Part shown: positions 34,237 through 45,209 of the stretch, in pieces | Layout of the letters: the number at the start of each line of letters is the position of its first letter | Position numbering within the stretch: the first letter of the stretch is position 1 | Assembly (NCBI GenBank): GCA_022781715.1 | Contig: JALETB010000094.1 | Span: 11,339 to 75,338, forward strand | Source of the DNA: Clostridiales bacterium | GTDB lineage: Bacteria; Bacillota; Clostridia; Christensenellales; Borkfalkiaceae | Direction of reading: 5' to 3' | Length of the DNA: 64,000 nt | Program-made: the position numbers and the translations under genes | Notes under the pieces: generated by a model | Database searches by the model: none | Told to the model about the DNA's origin: nothing | The model's input: the letters and a program-made list of their open reading frames with translations, nothing else

Positions 34237-34755
34237 ATGAAAGACGCAATCGAAACATTGCTTACGAGAAGAAGTATAAAAAAGTATAACGGCAAGCCGA
34301 TTCCGGAGGACGTGCTTAATAAAATTCTCGAGGTCGGAACGTACGCGCCGACGGCAAAGAATATGCAGAAACCGATAATTATCGTCATTCAGGATAAGAA
34401 AGTGCGCGCGGAAATCGCTGAAGAAAACGCGAAAATAATGGGTATGGAAGATTTCGACCCGTTTTACGGCGCGCCCGTCGTTCTGCTTGTCGCGGCGGAG
34501 AATTGCCCCACGGCGGTTTACGACGGCAGTTGCGTTATCGATAATATGCTTAACGCGGCTTGGGCTTTGGGCGTAGGTTCGTGCTGGATTCACCGCGCGA
34601 AAGAGGAACTTGAAAGCGATTTCGGAAAAAATCTTTTAAAATCGCTCGGTATTTCCGGCGACTATGTCGGAATCGGTCACGTCGCTCTGGGGTACTTCGA
34701 CGGAGAACCGCCGGTTGCCAAACCGAGAAAAGAAAACTATATTTACAGAATTTAA
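34237..34755 (+). CDS. Nitroreductase family protein
   Basis: 172 aa with LLTRRSIKKY, APTAKNMQ and GVGSCWI, typical of the FMN nitroreductase fold. AGGAG RBS at 34221. Confidence 0.8.
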   Translation: MKDAIETLLTRRSIKKYNGKPIPEDVLNKILEVGTYAPTAKNMQKPIIIVIQDKKVRAEIAEENAKIMGMEDFDPFYGAPVVLLVAAENCPTAVYDGSCVIDNMLNAAWALGVGSCWIHRAKEELESDFGKNLLKSLGISGDYVGIGHVALGYFDGEPPVAKPRKENYIYRI

Positions 34756-34772
34756 AACGACGTATAAAAATT

Positions 34773-34808
34773 ACGCGGGCGGCTTTTCTTTTGAAAAGCC
34801 GCCCGCGT
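34773..34808. terminator. Bidirectional terminator between the nitroreductase gene and groEL
   Basis: Perfect 16-bp stem: ACGCGGGCGGCTTTTC (34773-34788) pairs with GAAAAGCCGCCCGCGT (34793-34808). T-rich flanks on both strands. Confidence 0.85.
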
Positions 34809-34839
34809 TTTAAGTTTTAATTATTTCAGTGGGTTTTTA

Positions 34840-36489
<1,650 letters not shown>

Positions 36490-36774
36490 TTAACCGACTA
36501 TCGCCAGAACGTCCGACTGACGGATTAACGTAACTTCTTCGCCGTCGAGTTTAACGACTATCGCCGCGCCGACAGGGTAAAGAACCACGTCGCCGGCTTT
36601 AACTTCCATTTCGACGGGAGTTCCGAACGTCGTCGCGCCTTTTCCAACGGCTACCGCTTTTGCCGTTACGTATTTATCTGCGGACGCAGAGGGGAGAATG
36701 AACCCGCTCTTCGTCGTTTCCGCTTTTTCTTTGGTATCGACTACTATATAGTCGGATAATGGTTTTATTTTCAT
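36490..36774 (-). CDS. groES: Co-chaperonin GroES
   Basis: 94 aa from ATG at 36774 (GGAGG RBS): MKIKPLSDYIVV... Confidence 0.95.
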   Translation of the reverse strand: MKIKPLSDYIVVDTKEKAETTKSGFILPSASADKYVTAKAVAVGKGATTFGTPVEMEVKAGDVVLYPVGAAIVVKLDGEEVTLIRQSDVLAIVG

Positions 36775-36803
36775 ATTATACCTCCGCATATTTTATCGTC
36801 TAT

Positions 36804-36830
36804 TTAGCACTCGCAATCTCAGAGTGCTAA
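36804..36830. promoter_or_regulatory. CIRCE operator (HrcA binding site)
   Basis: Exact consensus TTAGCACTC-N9-GAGTGCTAA, between the groES promoter and its RBS. Confidence 0.95.
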
Positions 36831-36834
36831 TATA

Positions 36835-36862
36835 ATTATAGCCCAAGTTTTTTATTTGTCAA
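36835..36862 (-). promoter_or_regulatory. Sigma-A promoter of groES-groEL
   Basis: Minus strand reads TTGACA (plus 36857-36862), 16 nt, TATAAT (plus 36835-36840), directly upstream of CIRCE. Confidence 0.65.
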
Positions 36863-36985
36863 TAGTTTAGTGTCGAAATTTACAAAATTTTTTATCATTT
36901 TTATTTTTTTATCGGCTTGCGTTTAATTTTATTGCAAGATTCGTCGCGATATGTTAAAATAAACGTGCGAACGGAGGAAAACTGT

Positions 36986-37432
36986 ATGGATAAATGGGAT
37001 AAAAGGTTTATAGAACTTGCGGAACTCGTTGCGAGTTGGTCGAGTTGTTATCAGGAGAACAGGCAGGTAGGCGCGGTTATTGTGAAAGATAAACGCATTA
37101 TGACCACGGGATATAACGGCGCGCCGAGCGGTATCGAGAGTTGCAAAACAAAAGGCAAATGCCTGAGAAGAGAACTTGACGTTCCCAGCGGAACAAAACT
37201 CGAACTTTGCTATGCCGTTCACGCAGAGCAGAACGCGATAGCGCAGGCGGCGAAACTCGGAATCTCTGTTGAAGGCGGAACGCTTTACTGCACCCATCAG
37301 CCGTGCGTTATTTGTTGCAAAATGATAATAAACGCCGGTATCAGACGCGTTGTTTATAAATACGGTTATCCGGACGAGTTTTCGCTTAAACTCTTTGAGG
37401 AAGCCGGCATAATTATCGAACAAATCGATTAA
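36986..37432 (+). CDS. comEB: dCMP deaminase (ComEB-type)
   Basis: 148 aa from ATG 36986 (GGAGG RBS) with zinc motifs HAEQNAI and PCVICCKMI. Confidence 0.88.
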   Translation: MDKWDKRFIELAELVASWSSCYQENRQVGAVIVKDKRIMTTGYNGAPSGIESCKTKGKCLRRELDVPSGTKLELCYAVHAEQNAIAQAAKLGISVEGGTLYCTHQPCVICCKMIINAGIRRVVYKYGYPDEFSLKLFEEAGIIIEQID

Positions 37433-37447
37433 AAGGAGATTTAAATA

Positions 37448-37969
37448 ATGAATAACAATCCTATCGTGACTTTTGAAATGAAGGACGGCGACGTTTTTTA
37501 CGTCGAACTGTACCCGGACGTTGCTCCGAACACCGTAAACAATTTCATTTCGCTCGTAAAAAAAGGGTTTTACAACGGGCTTTGCTTTCATCGCGTTATC
37601 GAAGGTTTTATGATTCAGGGCGGCGACCCCAAGGGTAACGGTACCGGCGGACCGGGATATACGATAAGGGGCGAGTTTTCCAAAAACGGTTTTAAAAACG
37701 ACCTTAAACACAAGAGAGGCGTTATTTCAATGGCTCGTTCGATGCTGCCGAACAGCGCGGGTTCGCAATTTTTCATTATGCATGCCGACGCCCCTCATCT
37801 CGACGGACAATACGCCGCATTCGGGCAGGTTATCGACGGAATGGACGTTATCGATAAAATCGCGGAAGTCAACGTCGATTATAACGATAAGCCTTTGCGC
37901 GACCAGGTAATAAAAACCGTAACGGTCGACACGAACGGCGTGGAATACGACGAGCCGGAACATTATTGA
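37448..37969 (+). CDS. ppiB: Peptidyl-prolyl cis-trans isomerase, cyclophilin type
   Basis: 173 aa with FHRVIEGFMIQGGDP and SQFFI motifs. Confidence 0.92.
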   Translation: MNNNPIVTFEMKDGDVFYVELYPDVAPNTVNNFISLVKKGFYNGLCFHRVIEGFMIQGGDPKGNGTGGPGYTIRGEFSKNGFKNDLKHKRGVISMARSMLPNSAGSQFFIMHADAPHLDGQYAAFGQVIDGMDVIDKIAEVNVDYNDKPLRDQVIKTVTVDTNGVEYDEPEHY

Positions 37970-38070
37970 TTGTCAGGGATTCGTCGAATCGACTCGCGTA
38001 AAGCGGTTCGCAACTTAATAGTTGTAGCGAAATTATCTTCCGGAGAATATTATACTTCGGGGGATTTTTT

Positions 38071-38871
38071 ATGTTTTCCGATTTTCACAGCGACGTTCTG
38101 ACCGCCTGCGGCGGCGACCTTACGGCGACGTATTATGACAATAATATTATTACGGCGGTTTTCAGGGGGAAGAGGAGCTTTTCGGAAGCGTATGAAATAT
38201 CGAAAAAAGCAAGATTGCTTGCATACGAGGATGCCGGTTATCCCGATCTTGACGTCGACAAATTGATTATTTCCTCGCCGTTATACGTCGGGCTTACCTG
38301 GAACGGCGAAAACAGATTTGGGTATGGTTGCGACTTTGCGGAGGGGTTGAAAGAAGAGGGAAAAGCGTTTATCAAACGTCTTAACGCCGGCGGCATTGCG
38401 GTGGATTGCGCGCATATTTCAAAGGGCGGTTTTAAAGACATAATCGAACTTGCCGATATTGTGGTCGATTCCCACACATGTTTTTCAGCCGTTCACAAAC
38501 ATAAAAGAAACCTCGACGATTGGCAACTGAAAGAACTTGTTTCAAGGGGCGGGCTTGTCGGAGTAACCTGTTGCGGGTATTTTATGACAGACGGAAAACA
38601 TTGCAAAATTTCCGAATTTATAAGGCAAATCGATTATTTTGTTCAAAAGTTCGGCGCGGATAATCTTGCCGTAGGAACGGATTTTTACGGCTGCGATTTC
38701 ACGGTCGAAAACATTCTCGGATACGAAGAACTGTACGGAAAAACGGCGGTCGAACTGAAAAAACTCGGATATCCGAAAGCCGACGTCGACAAAATACTAT
38801 CAAATAATCTCCATATTTTCACCGAAAAAAAACGAAATAAACGATTATCCGTTGACAAAAAATCGGAATAA
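38071..38871 (+). CDS. Membrane dipeptidase (M19)-like amidohydrolase-fold protein
   Basis: 266 aa with DFHSDVL (like the DGHND start of M19), LTWNGENRFG, VDCAHIS and GTDFYG blocks. It is shorter than typical M19 enzymes. Confidence 0.5.
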   Translation: MFSDFHSDVLTACGGDLTATYYDNNIITAVFRGKRSFSEAYEISKKARLLAYEDAGYPDLDVDKLIISSPLYVGLTWNGENRFGYGCDFAEGLKEEGKAFIKRLNAGGIAVDCAHISKGGFKDIIELADIVVDSHTCFSAVHKHKRNLDDWQLKELVSRGGLVGVTCCGYFMTDGKHCKISEFIRQIDYFVQKFGADNLAVGTDFYGCDFTVENILGYEELYGKTAVELKKLGYPKADVDKILSNNLHIFTEKKRNKRLSVDKKSE

Positions 38872-38907
38872 TGCTAAAATATGATTACGATAAAGGAGAT
38901 AAGTGCC

Positions 38908-39084
38908 ATGCTTTACAGAGTTTATTGTATTCAGAAACTTGACAGCGAAAAAAAAGAAAGGGTCGTCAGGGTAAACGTTTTTGCAGAGTGCATCGCCGAG
39001 GCGTTGAACAAGGCGAAAGAACTTTTCGGAAAGAAACTCAAAAAGAATTCCTTTAATATCTTCATGTATGAATCTCAGAACTGA
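38908..39084 (+). CDS. Hypothetical small protein (58 aa)
   Basis: AAGGAG RBS 9 nt upstream of ATG 38908, with a terminator after the stop. I recognise no motif. Confidence 0.4.
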   Translation: MLYRVYCIQKLDSEKKERVVRVNVFAECIAEALNKAKELFGKKLKKNSFNIFMYESQN

Positions 39085-39104
39085 TTGTTTGATCGGTAAT
39101 TTTA

Positions 39105-39131
39105 AGCGCGGTTTTTTGCCGCGTTTTTTTA
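39105..39131 (+). terminator. Intrinsic terminator
   Basis: Stem AAGCGCGG/CCGCGTTT with a T6G loop, followed by a T-run. Confidence 0.5.
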
Positions 39132-39188
39132 TGTCGTAAAATTTCGTCGGCGTAATATCGTATTTTTTTATCTGCATGAAGCGCTGAT

Positions 39189-39217
39189 GTATAAAAATTT
39201 TTAAATCGACCATACAA
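39189..39217 (+). promoter_or_regulatory. Possible forespore (sigma-G/F-type) promoter of spoVAC
   Basis: GTATA (39189-39193), 17 nt, CATACAA (39211-39217), compared with the consensus GnATR-N17/18-CATnnTA. One mismatch in the -10. Confidence 0.3.
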
Positions 39218-39301
39218 GTTATATGAAAAACGTTGAACCATGGAAAAATATCAGAGATCGCGATGAATGCGTGTTCAAAAAACCGAAGGAGAAAATCAGA
39301 A

Positions 39302-39766
39302 ATGAAGGAACGGTTTTATAACGATAATTATCTTGGCTATGTGTCGAAAATTTCACCCAGAACAAACGAAAAACGAAGTCTTTTTCACGCTTTCTGGGTC
39401 GGCGGGACGATCTGCGTTATCGGACAGTTAATCAGATTCACGCTCGAATTCGTTTTCGGGCTTTACGGCGACGAACTTGCTGGAACGACGTCCGTCATTC
39501 TTATTTTTCTCGGCGCGCTTCTCACGGGACTCGGGGTTTACGACCGGATCGGTAAGTATGCCGGAGGCGGCTCGATAGTGCCGATAACAGGTTTTGCGAA
39601 TTCCGTCGTTTCGCCTGCCATGGACTTTAAAAACGAGGGCTTTATTTACGGCTTGGCGGCAAAAATGTTTGTTGTTGCCGGGCCGATAATCGTTTTCGGT
39701 ATAATCGGCGGCGTGTCCGTCGGCGTGGTTTATTTCATTCTGTATTCCACCGGGTTATTGCTTTGA
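39302..39766 (+). CDS. spoVAC: Stage V sporulation protein AC
   Basis: 154 aa from ATG 39302 (GGAG RBS). Colinear with Bacillus SpoVAC: FWVGGTICVIGQ, LIFLGALLTGLGVYDRIGKYAGGGSIVPITGFANSVVSPAMDFKNEGF. Confidence 0.88.
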   Translation: MKERFYNDNYLGYVSKISPRTNEKRSLFHAFWVGGTICVIGQLIRFTLEFVFGLYGDELAGTTSVILIFLGALLTGLGVYDRIGKYAGGGSIVPITGFANSVVSPAMDFKNEGFIYGLAAKMFVVAGPIIVFGIIGGVSVGVVYFILYSTGLLL

Positions 39767-39781
39767 AATTGCCACAAAAAA

Positions 39782-39810
39782 ACTTCCGCGGTTCTGCGGA
39801 AGTTTTTTTA
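39782..39810 (+). terminator. Intrinsic terminator after spoVAC
   Basis: ACTTCCGC (39782-39789) pairs with GCGGAAGT (39796-39803), followed by T7. Confidence 0.8.
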
Positions 39811-39840
39811 TATATTAACAGTTATACTTATATAAATAAC

Positions 39841-39869
39841 TTGAAAAAAAGTTCTTTTCGTGGTAAAAT
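39841..39869 (+). promoter_or_regulatory. Sigma-A promoter (extended -10) of pcrA-ligA
   Basis: TTGAAA (39841-39846), 17 nt, TGgTAAAAT (39861-39869). Confidence 0.55.
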
Positions 39870-39921
39870 GAAATCCATAGCCACAGGTCCGGTTTGTGAT
39901 CGGAATTACGGAGAAAACGAG

Positions 39922-42303
39922 ATGCTTGAATTGCTTAACCAACTTAACGAAGAACAGATTAAACCCGTTATGGATACCGAAGGCGCGGTGCTTGTCATCG
40001 CGGGTGCGGGGAGCGGAAAAACGAGGGTTTTAACGAGCAGAATCGCTCATCTCGTCGAAGATCTCGGCGTCGACCCGTATAATATTTTAGCGATTACTTT
40101 CACGAACAAAGCCGCCGACGAAATGAAATCAAGGCTTGAAAACATCATCGGCGATATTTCTCAGATGTGGGTTTGCACAATTCACGCAATGTGCGTAAGA
40201 ATACTGAGAAAATATGCCGAAAGACTCGATTATAAAACCGATTTTTCGATTTATTCCGAAACGGACAAAGAGAAGGTTTTAAAGAGAATCATTGTCGGTC
40301 TTTCCTTAGAGCCGGACAAGTTTATGAAAACGTCGAAGTTCCTTATTTCCAATCTGAAAAACAAGGATATGTCCACAGAGCAGTTTGAACGCGAAAATCC
40401 GAGAATGCGAGACGTCAAGTCATACGTGAAAATAATCGACGAATACAATGCCGAACTTTTCCGTTCAAACGCAATGGATTTCGACGATTTGCTTATAAAA
40501 ACGTATCATTTACTTGCGGAATACAGGGACGTTCTGCTTGCGCTTTCAAAGAGATTCCGTTACATACACGTTGATGAGTTTCAGGACACGAACGTCGTTC
40601 AGTATAACATCGTTAAACTTCTTTCTCACGTCAACGGCAATTTGTTTGTCGTCGGCGACGACGATCAGAGCATTTACGGCTGGCGCGGAGCGGATATAAA
40701 CAATATTCTCGATTTCGAACTCGATTTCAAGGGCGCAAAAACTTATAAACTCGAAAGAAATTACCGTTCCACGAAGTATATTCTCGATTTTGCAAACACG
40801 GTTATCGCGAACAACGTGAAGAGAAAAGAAAAGGTTTTGTGGACGGATAACGAAGAGGGGGTAAGACCCGAATTGTTCGTTGCGGACGAAGAATCGGGAG
40901 AAGCGCAGTATACCGCTTTGCAGATTAAAAACTTCGTTCAGCAAAGAGGGTATAAATACTCCGATTTTGCCGTTCTTATGCGTATCAACGCCCTTTCTCG
41001 TTCATACGAGCAGGAATTTATGAAATACGGCATACCCTGTAAGGTATATGGAGGTTTCAGGTTCTTTGAAAGAAAGGAAATCAAGGATATAACCGCCTAC
41101 CTCAGAATTTTGTGTAACCCGCTCGATAACGAAGCCGTTTTAAGGGTTATCAACGTTCCCAAAAGGGGAATCGGCGACAAGTCTATAGAGCAACTCGTCA
41201 GGTATTCCGACGCTAACGGTCTTTCGATTTTCGACGGTGTGTTCGATTGCGACAATCTCGACCTTAATTCCGGCGCGAAATCGAAAATACGCGGTTTCAG
41301 AGATATTATTTCAAAACTCATTTTAGCCAAGGAATCCATGCCTCTTCTCGAACTTGTGAAAGAAGTAATAGTAAAAACGGATTTTATGAGTTGTTTCGAG
41401 GAGGATACTTCGGAAAACGACGATAAAAAGAAGAATATAAACGAATTTTTGAGTTCCGTGGAGGAATTCGCGAGGCTTAATCCTCAGTCGCCTTTGTCCG
41501 AATATCTCAATTCCATAACGCTCAGTTCCGATACCGACGAGATAAACGAGGGCGAATTCGTTACGCTCGCCACCGTTCATTCCGTAAAAGGTCTCGAATA
41601 CAGGTGCGTATTCGTCTGCGGACTCGATAACGAGATATTCCCGATGCAGAGAACGGACGAACCGGACAACGAAGAGGAAGAACGAAGACTTATGTACGTC
41701 GCTATAACGAGAGCGAAAGAAAGGCTCTTTTTCACGAGGGCAAAAAGCAGGTTTTTATACGGTTCGAGAAGAGGGACGAAACCTTCGAAATTCATCGAAG
41801 AATTGTCGGACAAACTTGGTATCGTCAAAAATCGCGGCGGGAGATTTTCGGGCGAAGGATATCGCGATAATTCTTACGGTGAAGGTTACGGAGGCAGATA
41901 CGGCAATTCGTATAATTCCCGCGGGTCATACGCCGGCGGTTCATACGGTCACTCATATGGCAATTCATACGGCAATTCTTACGGAAACCGCAGGGAGAAA
42001 GACGACGATTACGGTTATCAACCCGATTACGGATATTCGAATTCCGGTTACGTCGGGAGCAAACCGACGAAATCATATGCTTCGGGATATAAAGCCGAAA
42101 CGTCGAAACCGACCGAAAAGGTACAGGCTTCCGATCTCGGTAAATTTCATACGGGCGTAAACGTGAGGCACAGAAAATTCGGCGACGGCGTTATCATCGC
42201 GACGAAAAACAACAACGGCGAAGTGGTTGCGGACGTTGCTTTTAAAAACGTGGGCATAAAATCCCTCGTATTAAGACTTGCTCCGATAGAGGTGATCGAC
42301 TGA
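39922..42303 (+). CDS. pcrA: ATP-dependent DNA helicase PcrA (UvrD family) with a G/S/Y-rich linker before the C-terminal Tudor-like domain
   Basis: 793 aa from ATG 39922. LNEEQ, Walker A AGAGSGKTRVLT, VDEFQDTN, VGDDDQSIYGWRGA, TVHSVKGLEY. The track start at 39763 spans the spoVAC terminator. Confidence 0.94.
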   Translation: MLELLNQLNEEQIKPVMDTEGAVLVIAGAGSGKTRVLTSRIAHLVEDLGVDPYNILAITFTNKAADEMKSRLENIIGDISQMWVCTIHAMCVRILRKYAERLDYKTDFSIYSETDKEKVLKRIIVGLSLEPDKFMKTSKFLISNLKNKDMSTEQFERENPRMRDVKSYVKIIDEYNAELFRSNAMDFDDLLIKTYHLLAEYRDVLLALSKRFRYIHVDEFQDTNVVQYNIVKLLSHVNGNLFVVGDDDQSIYGWRGADINNILDFELDFKGAKTYKLERNYRSTKYILDFANTVIANNVKRKEKVLWTDNEEGVRPELFVADEESGEAQYTALQIKNFVQQRGYKYSDFAVLMRINALSRSYEQEFMKYGIPCKVYGGFRFFERKEIKDITAYLRILCNPLDNEAVLRVINVPKRGIGDKSIEQLVRYSDANGLSIFDGVFDCDNLDLNSGAKSKIRGFRDIISKLILAKESMPLLELVKEVIVKTDFMSCFEEDTSENDDKKKNINEFLSSVEEFARLNPQSPLSEYLNSITLSSDTDEINEGEFVTLATVHSVKGLEYRCVFVCGLDNEIFPMQRTDEPDNEEEERRLMYVAITRAKERLFFTRAKSRFLYGSRRGTKPSKFIEELSDKLGIVKNRGGRFSGEGYRDNSYGEGYGGRYGNSYNSRGSYAGGSYGHSYGNSYGNSYGNRREKDDDYGYQPDYGYSNSGYVGSKPTKSYASGYKAETSKPTEKVQASDLGKFHTGVNVRHRKFGDGVIIATKNNNGEVVADVAFKNVGIKSLVLRLAPIEVID

Positions 42304-44249
42304 TGAACGATATTGAAAAGATGAGAGAACTCGTCGATATTCTTAATAAATACGCGACGGAATATTACGTTCTGGATGCGCCTTCCGTAGACGATAAGGT
42401 TTACGACAGAATTTATGACGAATTGCGCGCTCTGGAAGAAAAAACCGGTCAGGTCCTCGTCGATTCTCCTACGAGAAGGGTTGGCGGCGAGCCTGTAAGC
42501 GCGTTTAAAAAGCACGAACATATCAAGAGATTATATTCACTCGATAAGTCGGTTTCGCCCGAAGAACTTGCCGCTTTCGACGAGAGGGTGAAAAAGGTTG
42601 GCGAGCCGGTTTATACGGTCGAATATAAATTCGACGGACTTACGATGTGCCTTACCTATGAAAACGGAGTTTTCACGAGGGCGACGACAAGAGGTAACGG
42701 AATAATCGGCGAGGACGTAACGGCTCAGGCTTTAACGATAAAAACGTTTCCGCTCAGAATCGATTGCGGCGGGGTTGTGGAAGTGCAGGGCGAGGCGATC
42801 ATAAGGCTTTCCGTGCTTGAAGAGTACAATCGCACGGCAACGGAGCAACTTAAAAACGCGAGAAACGCCGCGGCAGGCGCAATACGTAACCTTGATCCGA
42901 AAATTACCGAAAAACGTCACCCCGAAATTATTTTTTACAACGTGAATTATATGAGCGACGGCGAGTTTTCCTCGCAGGTTGAAATTTTCGATTTTCTGAA
43001 GAGAAACGGATTTAAAGTCTTTGATTTTTTGAGAATCTGCAAAAATCTCGATGAAGTGAAAGCGGCTGTTGCAGAAATAGAAACGGGCAGAAAAAATATA
43101 GACGTTTTAACCGACGGAGCAGTAATTAAGGTAAATCAGGTCGCGTTGCGTGAAAAACTCGGTTACACCGATAAATTCCCGAGATGGGCGATGGCATATA
43201 AATTCGAAGCGGAAGAGGTTGAAACCACGCTGAAAAAAGTCGTGTGGCAGGTCGGAAGAACGGGAAAACTCACGCCGCTCGGCATAGTTGCACCCGTAGA
43301 TATAGGCGGGGCGACGGTAAGGAAAGCCACGCTCAACAATTACGGCGACATTTTGCGGAAAAAAGTCAAAATAGGTTCGGCGGTTCTCATCAGAAGGTCG
43401 AACGAAGTAATTCCGGAAATTCTCGGCGCAGTCGGAAATTTCGACGAGGGTAAGGAAATCGAAAAACCGACGGAATGCCCGTATTGCGGCTCTGCGCTCG
43501 TCGAAGAGGGCGCAAATCTGTTCTGCCCGAACAGAGATTGCCGTCCGCGCGTTGTTGCGAGATTATCTAATTTCGCCTCGAAAGAAGGGATGAACATAGA
43601 CGGATTTTCCGAAAAAACGGCGGGGCAACTTTTCGATGATTTAAAAATCGACAAGTTTTCGGATTTATACAAACTCACCGCCGAAAAACTCGTCAATCTC
43701 GAAGGATTCAAGGAAAGAAAAGCCGAAAATCTCATTTCGGCTATAGAGAAGAGTAAAAGAGTTCCGCTCGCGAATTTTATTTTCGCGCTCGGCGTCGAGG
43801 GCGTCGGAAAAAAGACGGCAAAAGACTTAGCGCGTATTTTCGGAAGCGTTAAGGAACTCGCGAACGCCGAAGAAGAAAAACTGCGCGAAATTCCGGACGT
43901 GGGAGTGATTATGGCGAAAGATATTTCCGATTATTTCGCCGACGAGGGAAACGTTGCGGAGATAAACGAACTTTTCGACTGCGGAGTTTTGCCTTTTGCC
44001 GACGAGGTTAAATCGGAGGGCAAATTCAAGGGCGAAAAAGTCGTTCTCACGGGTTCTCTCGCCGATTTTACGAGAAGCGAGGCGCAGAAAATAATCGAAT
44101 CCGAGGGCGGGGAAGCGCAAAGTTCGGTCACGAAAACCACCACGCTTGTTATTGCAGGCGAGTCCGCCGGCAGTAAATTTGACAAAGCGAAAAAACTCGG
44201 AATAAAAATTATTGGCGAAGATGAGTTTAAAAACATAATATATAGTTGA
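42303..44249 (+). CDS. ligA: NAD-dependent DNA ligase
   Basis: 648 aa with adenylation motif EYKFDGLT, zinc finger CPYCGSALVEEGANLFCPNRDC, HhH repeats and a C-terminal BRCT (VVLTGSL). Confidence 0.96.
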   Translation: MNDIEKMRELVDILNKYATEYYVLDAPSVDDKVYDRIYDELRALEEKTGQVLVDSPTRRVGGEPVSAFKKHEHIKRLYSLDKSVSPEELAAFDERVKKVGEPVYTVEYKFDGLTMCLTYENGVFTRATTRGNGIIGEDVTAQALTIKTFPLRIDCGGVVEVQGEAIIRLSVLEEYNRTATEQLKNARNAAAGAIRNLDPKITEKRHPEIIFYNVNYMSDGEFSSQVEIFDFLKRNGFKVFDFLRICKNLDEVKAAVAEIETGRKNIDVLTDGAVIKVNQVALREKLGYTDKFPRWAMAYKFEAEEVETTLKKVVWQVGRTGKLTPLGIVAPVDIGGATVRKATLNNYGDILRKKVKIGSAVLIRRSNEVIPEILGAVGNFDEGKEIEKPTECPYCGSALVEEGANLFCPNRDCRPRVVARLSNFASKEGMNIDGFSEKTAGQLFDDLKIDKFSDLYKLTAEKLVNLEGFKERKAENLISAIEKSKRVPLANFIFALGVEGVGKKTAKDLARIFGSVKELANAEEEKLREIPDVGVIMAKDISDYFADEGNVAEINELFDCGVLPFADEVKSEGKFKGEKVVLTGSLADFTRSEAQKIIESEGGEAQSSVTKTTTLVIAGESAGSKFDKAKKLGIKIIGEDEFKNIIYS

Positions 44250-44316
44250 TATTTTTTAAAAAATATGCTATCATATATCGGTATAAAGTTAAAATGTTTG
44301 TCTTGGTTGGTGTTTT

Positions 44317-45192
44317 ATGCAGAGTATGACCGGTTACGGCAAAGCCGAATACGTTGAAAACGGAATTTCGCTTACCGTCGAAATCAAAACCGTAAACAAC
44401 AGATTTCTGGATATCATTCCGAAATATCCGCGGGCTTTCGTCGCTCTCGACGATTCGATAAGAAAAACGGTTCAGTCGCGTATCAGCCGCGGCAGAGCGG
44501 AACTCTTCATAACTTTTTCCGACACGAGCGAAGGTTCTAAAAAAATCGTTATCGATGAGGCGTTGTGCAAGCAATACGTCCTTGCGGCAAAAACGCTTTG
44601 CGAAAATTTCGGCGTGGAAAACGATTTCACGGTGACGTCGCTTCTTCGCAATCCCGATTGCGTTTCGGAAGAGGTTTCGGACGATAACGCCGAAAAAATC
44701 GGCGAGATTCTTAAAAAGACGCTCGATTCCGCTCTGGACGAACTTATAAAAATGCGTGAAATCGAGGGTGAAAAACTCAAAAAAGACATCCTTGCGAGAG
44801 ATGACGAAGTCGAGAGACTCGTCGGCGAAATCTCCGCCCGCGCGCCGAAAATCAAGGAAGAATATTCGCAGAAAATCAAAGAACGTATGACAGAGATTCT
44901 CGGTTCGACGGACTACGACGAATCGCGCCTGCTTCAGGAAGTCGCGCTGTTTGCCGACAGAACGAATATCGACGAGGAAATAACGAGGCTGAAAAGCCAC
45001 ATTTCCCAACTTCGCGCCGTTTGCCGCGAGGACGTGGACGTAGGCAAAAAACTTGATTTCCTTATGCAGGAATTCAACCGCGAGGCAAACACCGTTTGCT
45101 CTAAGTCGAACGATATAGAAATAACGAAATACGCACTTGCTCTGAAAAACGAAATCGAAAAAATCAGAGAACAAGTACAAAATATCGAATAA
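44317..45192 (+). CDS. yicC: YicC/YloC family stress-induced endoribonuclease
   Basis: 291 aa with the MTGYGKAEY start and C-terminal NREANTVCSKSND. Confidence 0.88.
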   Translation: MQSMTGYGKAEYVENGISLTVEIKTVNNRFLDIIPKYPRAFVALDDSIRKTVQSRISRGRAELFITFSDTSEGSKKIVIDEALCKQYVLAAKTLCENFGVENDFTVTSLLRNPDCVSEEVSDDNAEKIGEILKKTLDSALDELIKMREIEGEKLKKDILARDDEVERLVGEISARAPKIKEEYSQKIKERMTEILGSTDYDESRLLQEVALFADRTNIDEEITRLKSHISQLRAVCREDVDVGKKLDFLMQEFNREANTVCSKSNDIEITKYALALKNEIEKIREQVQNIE

Positions 45193-45209
45193 ATCAAAGG
45201 AGTGGTTTT

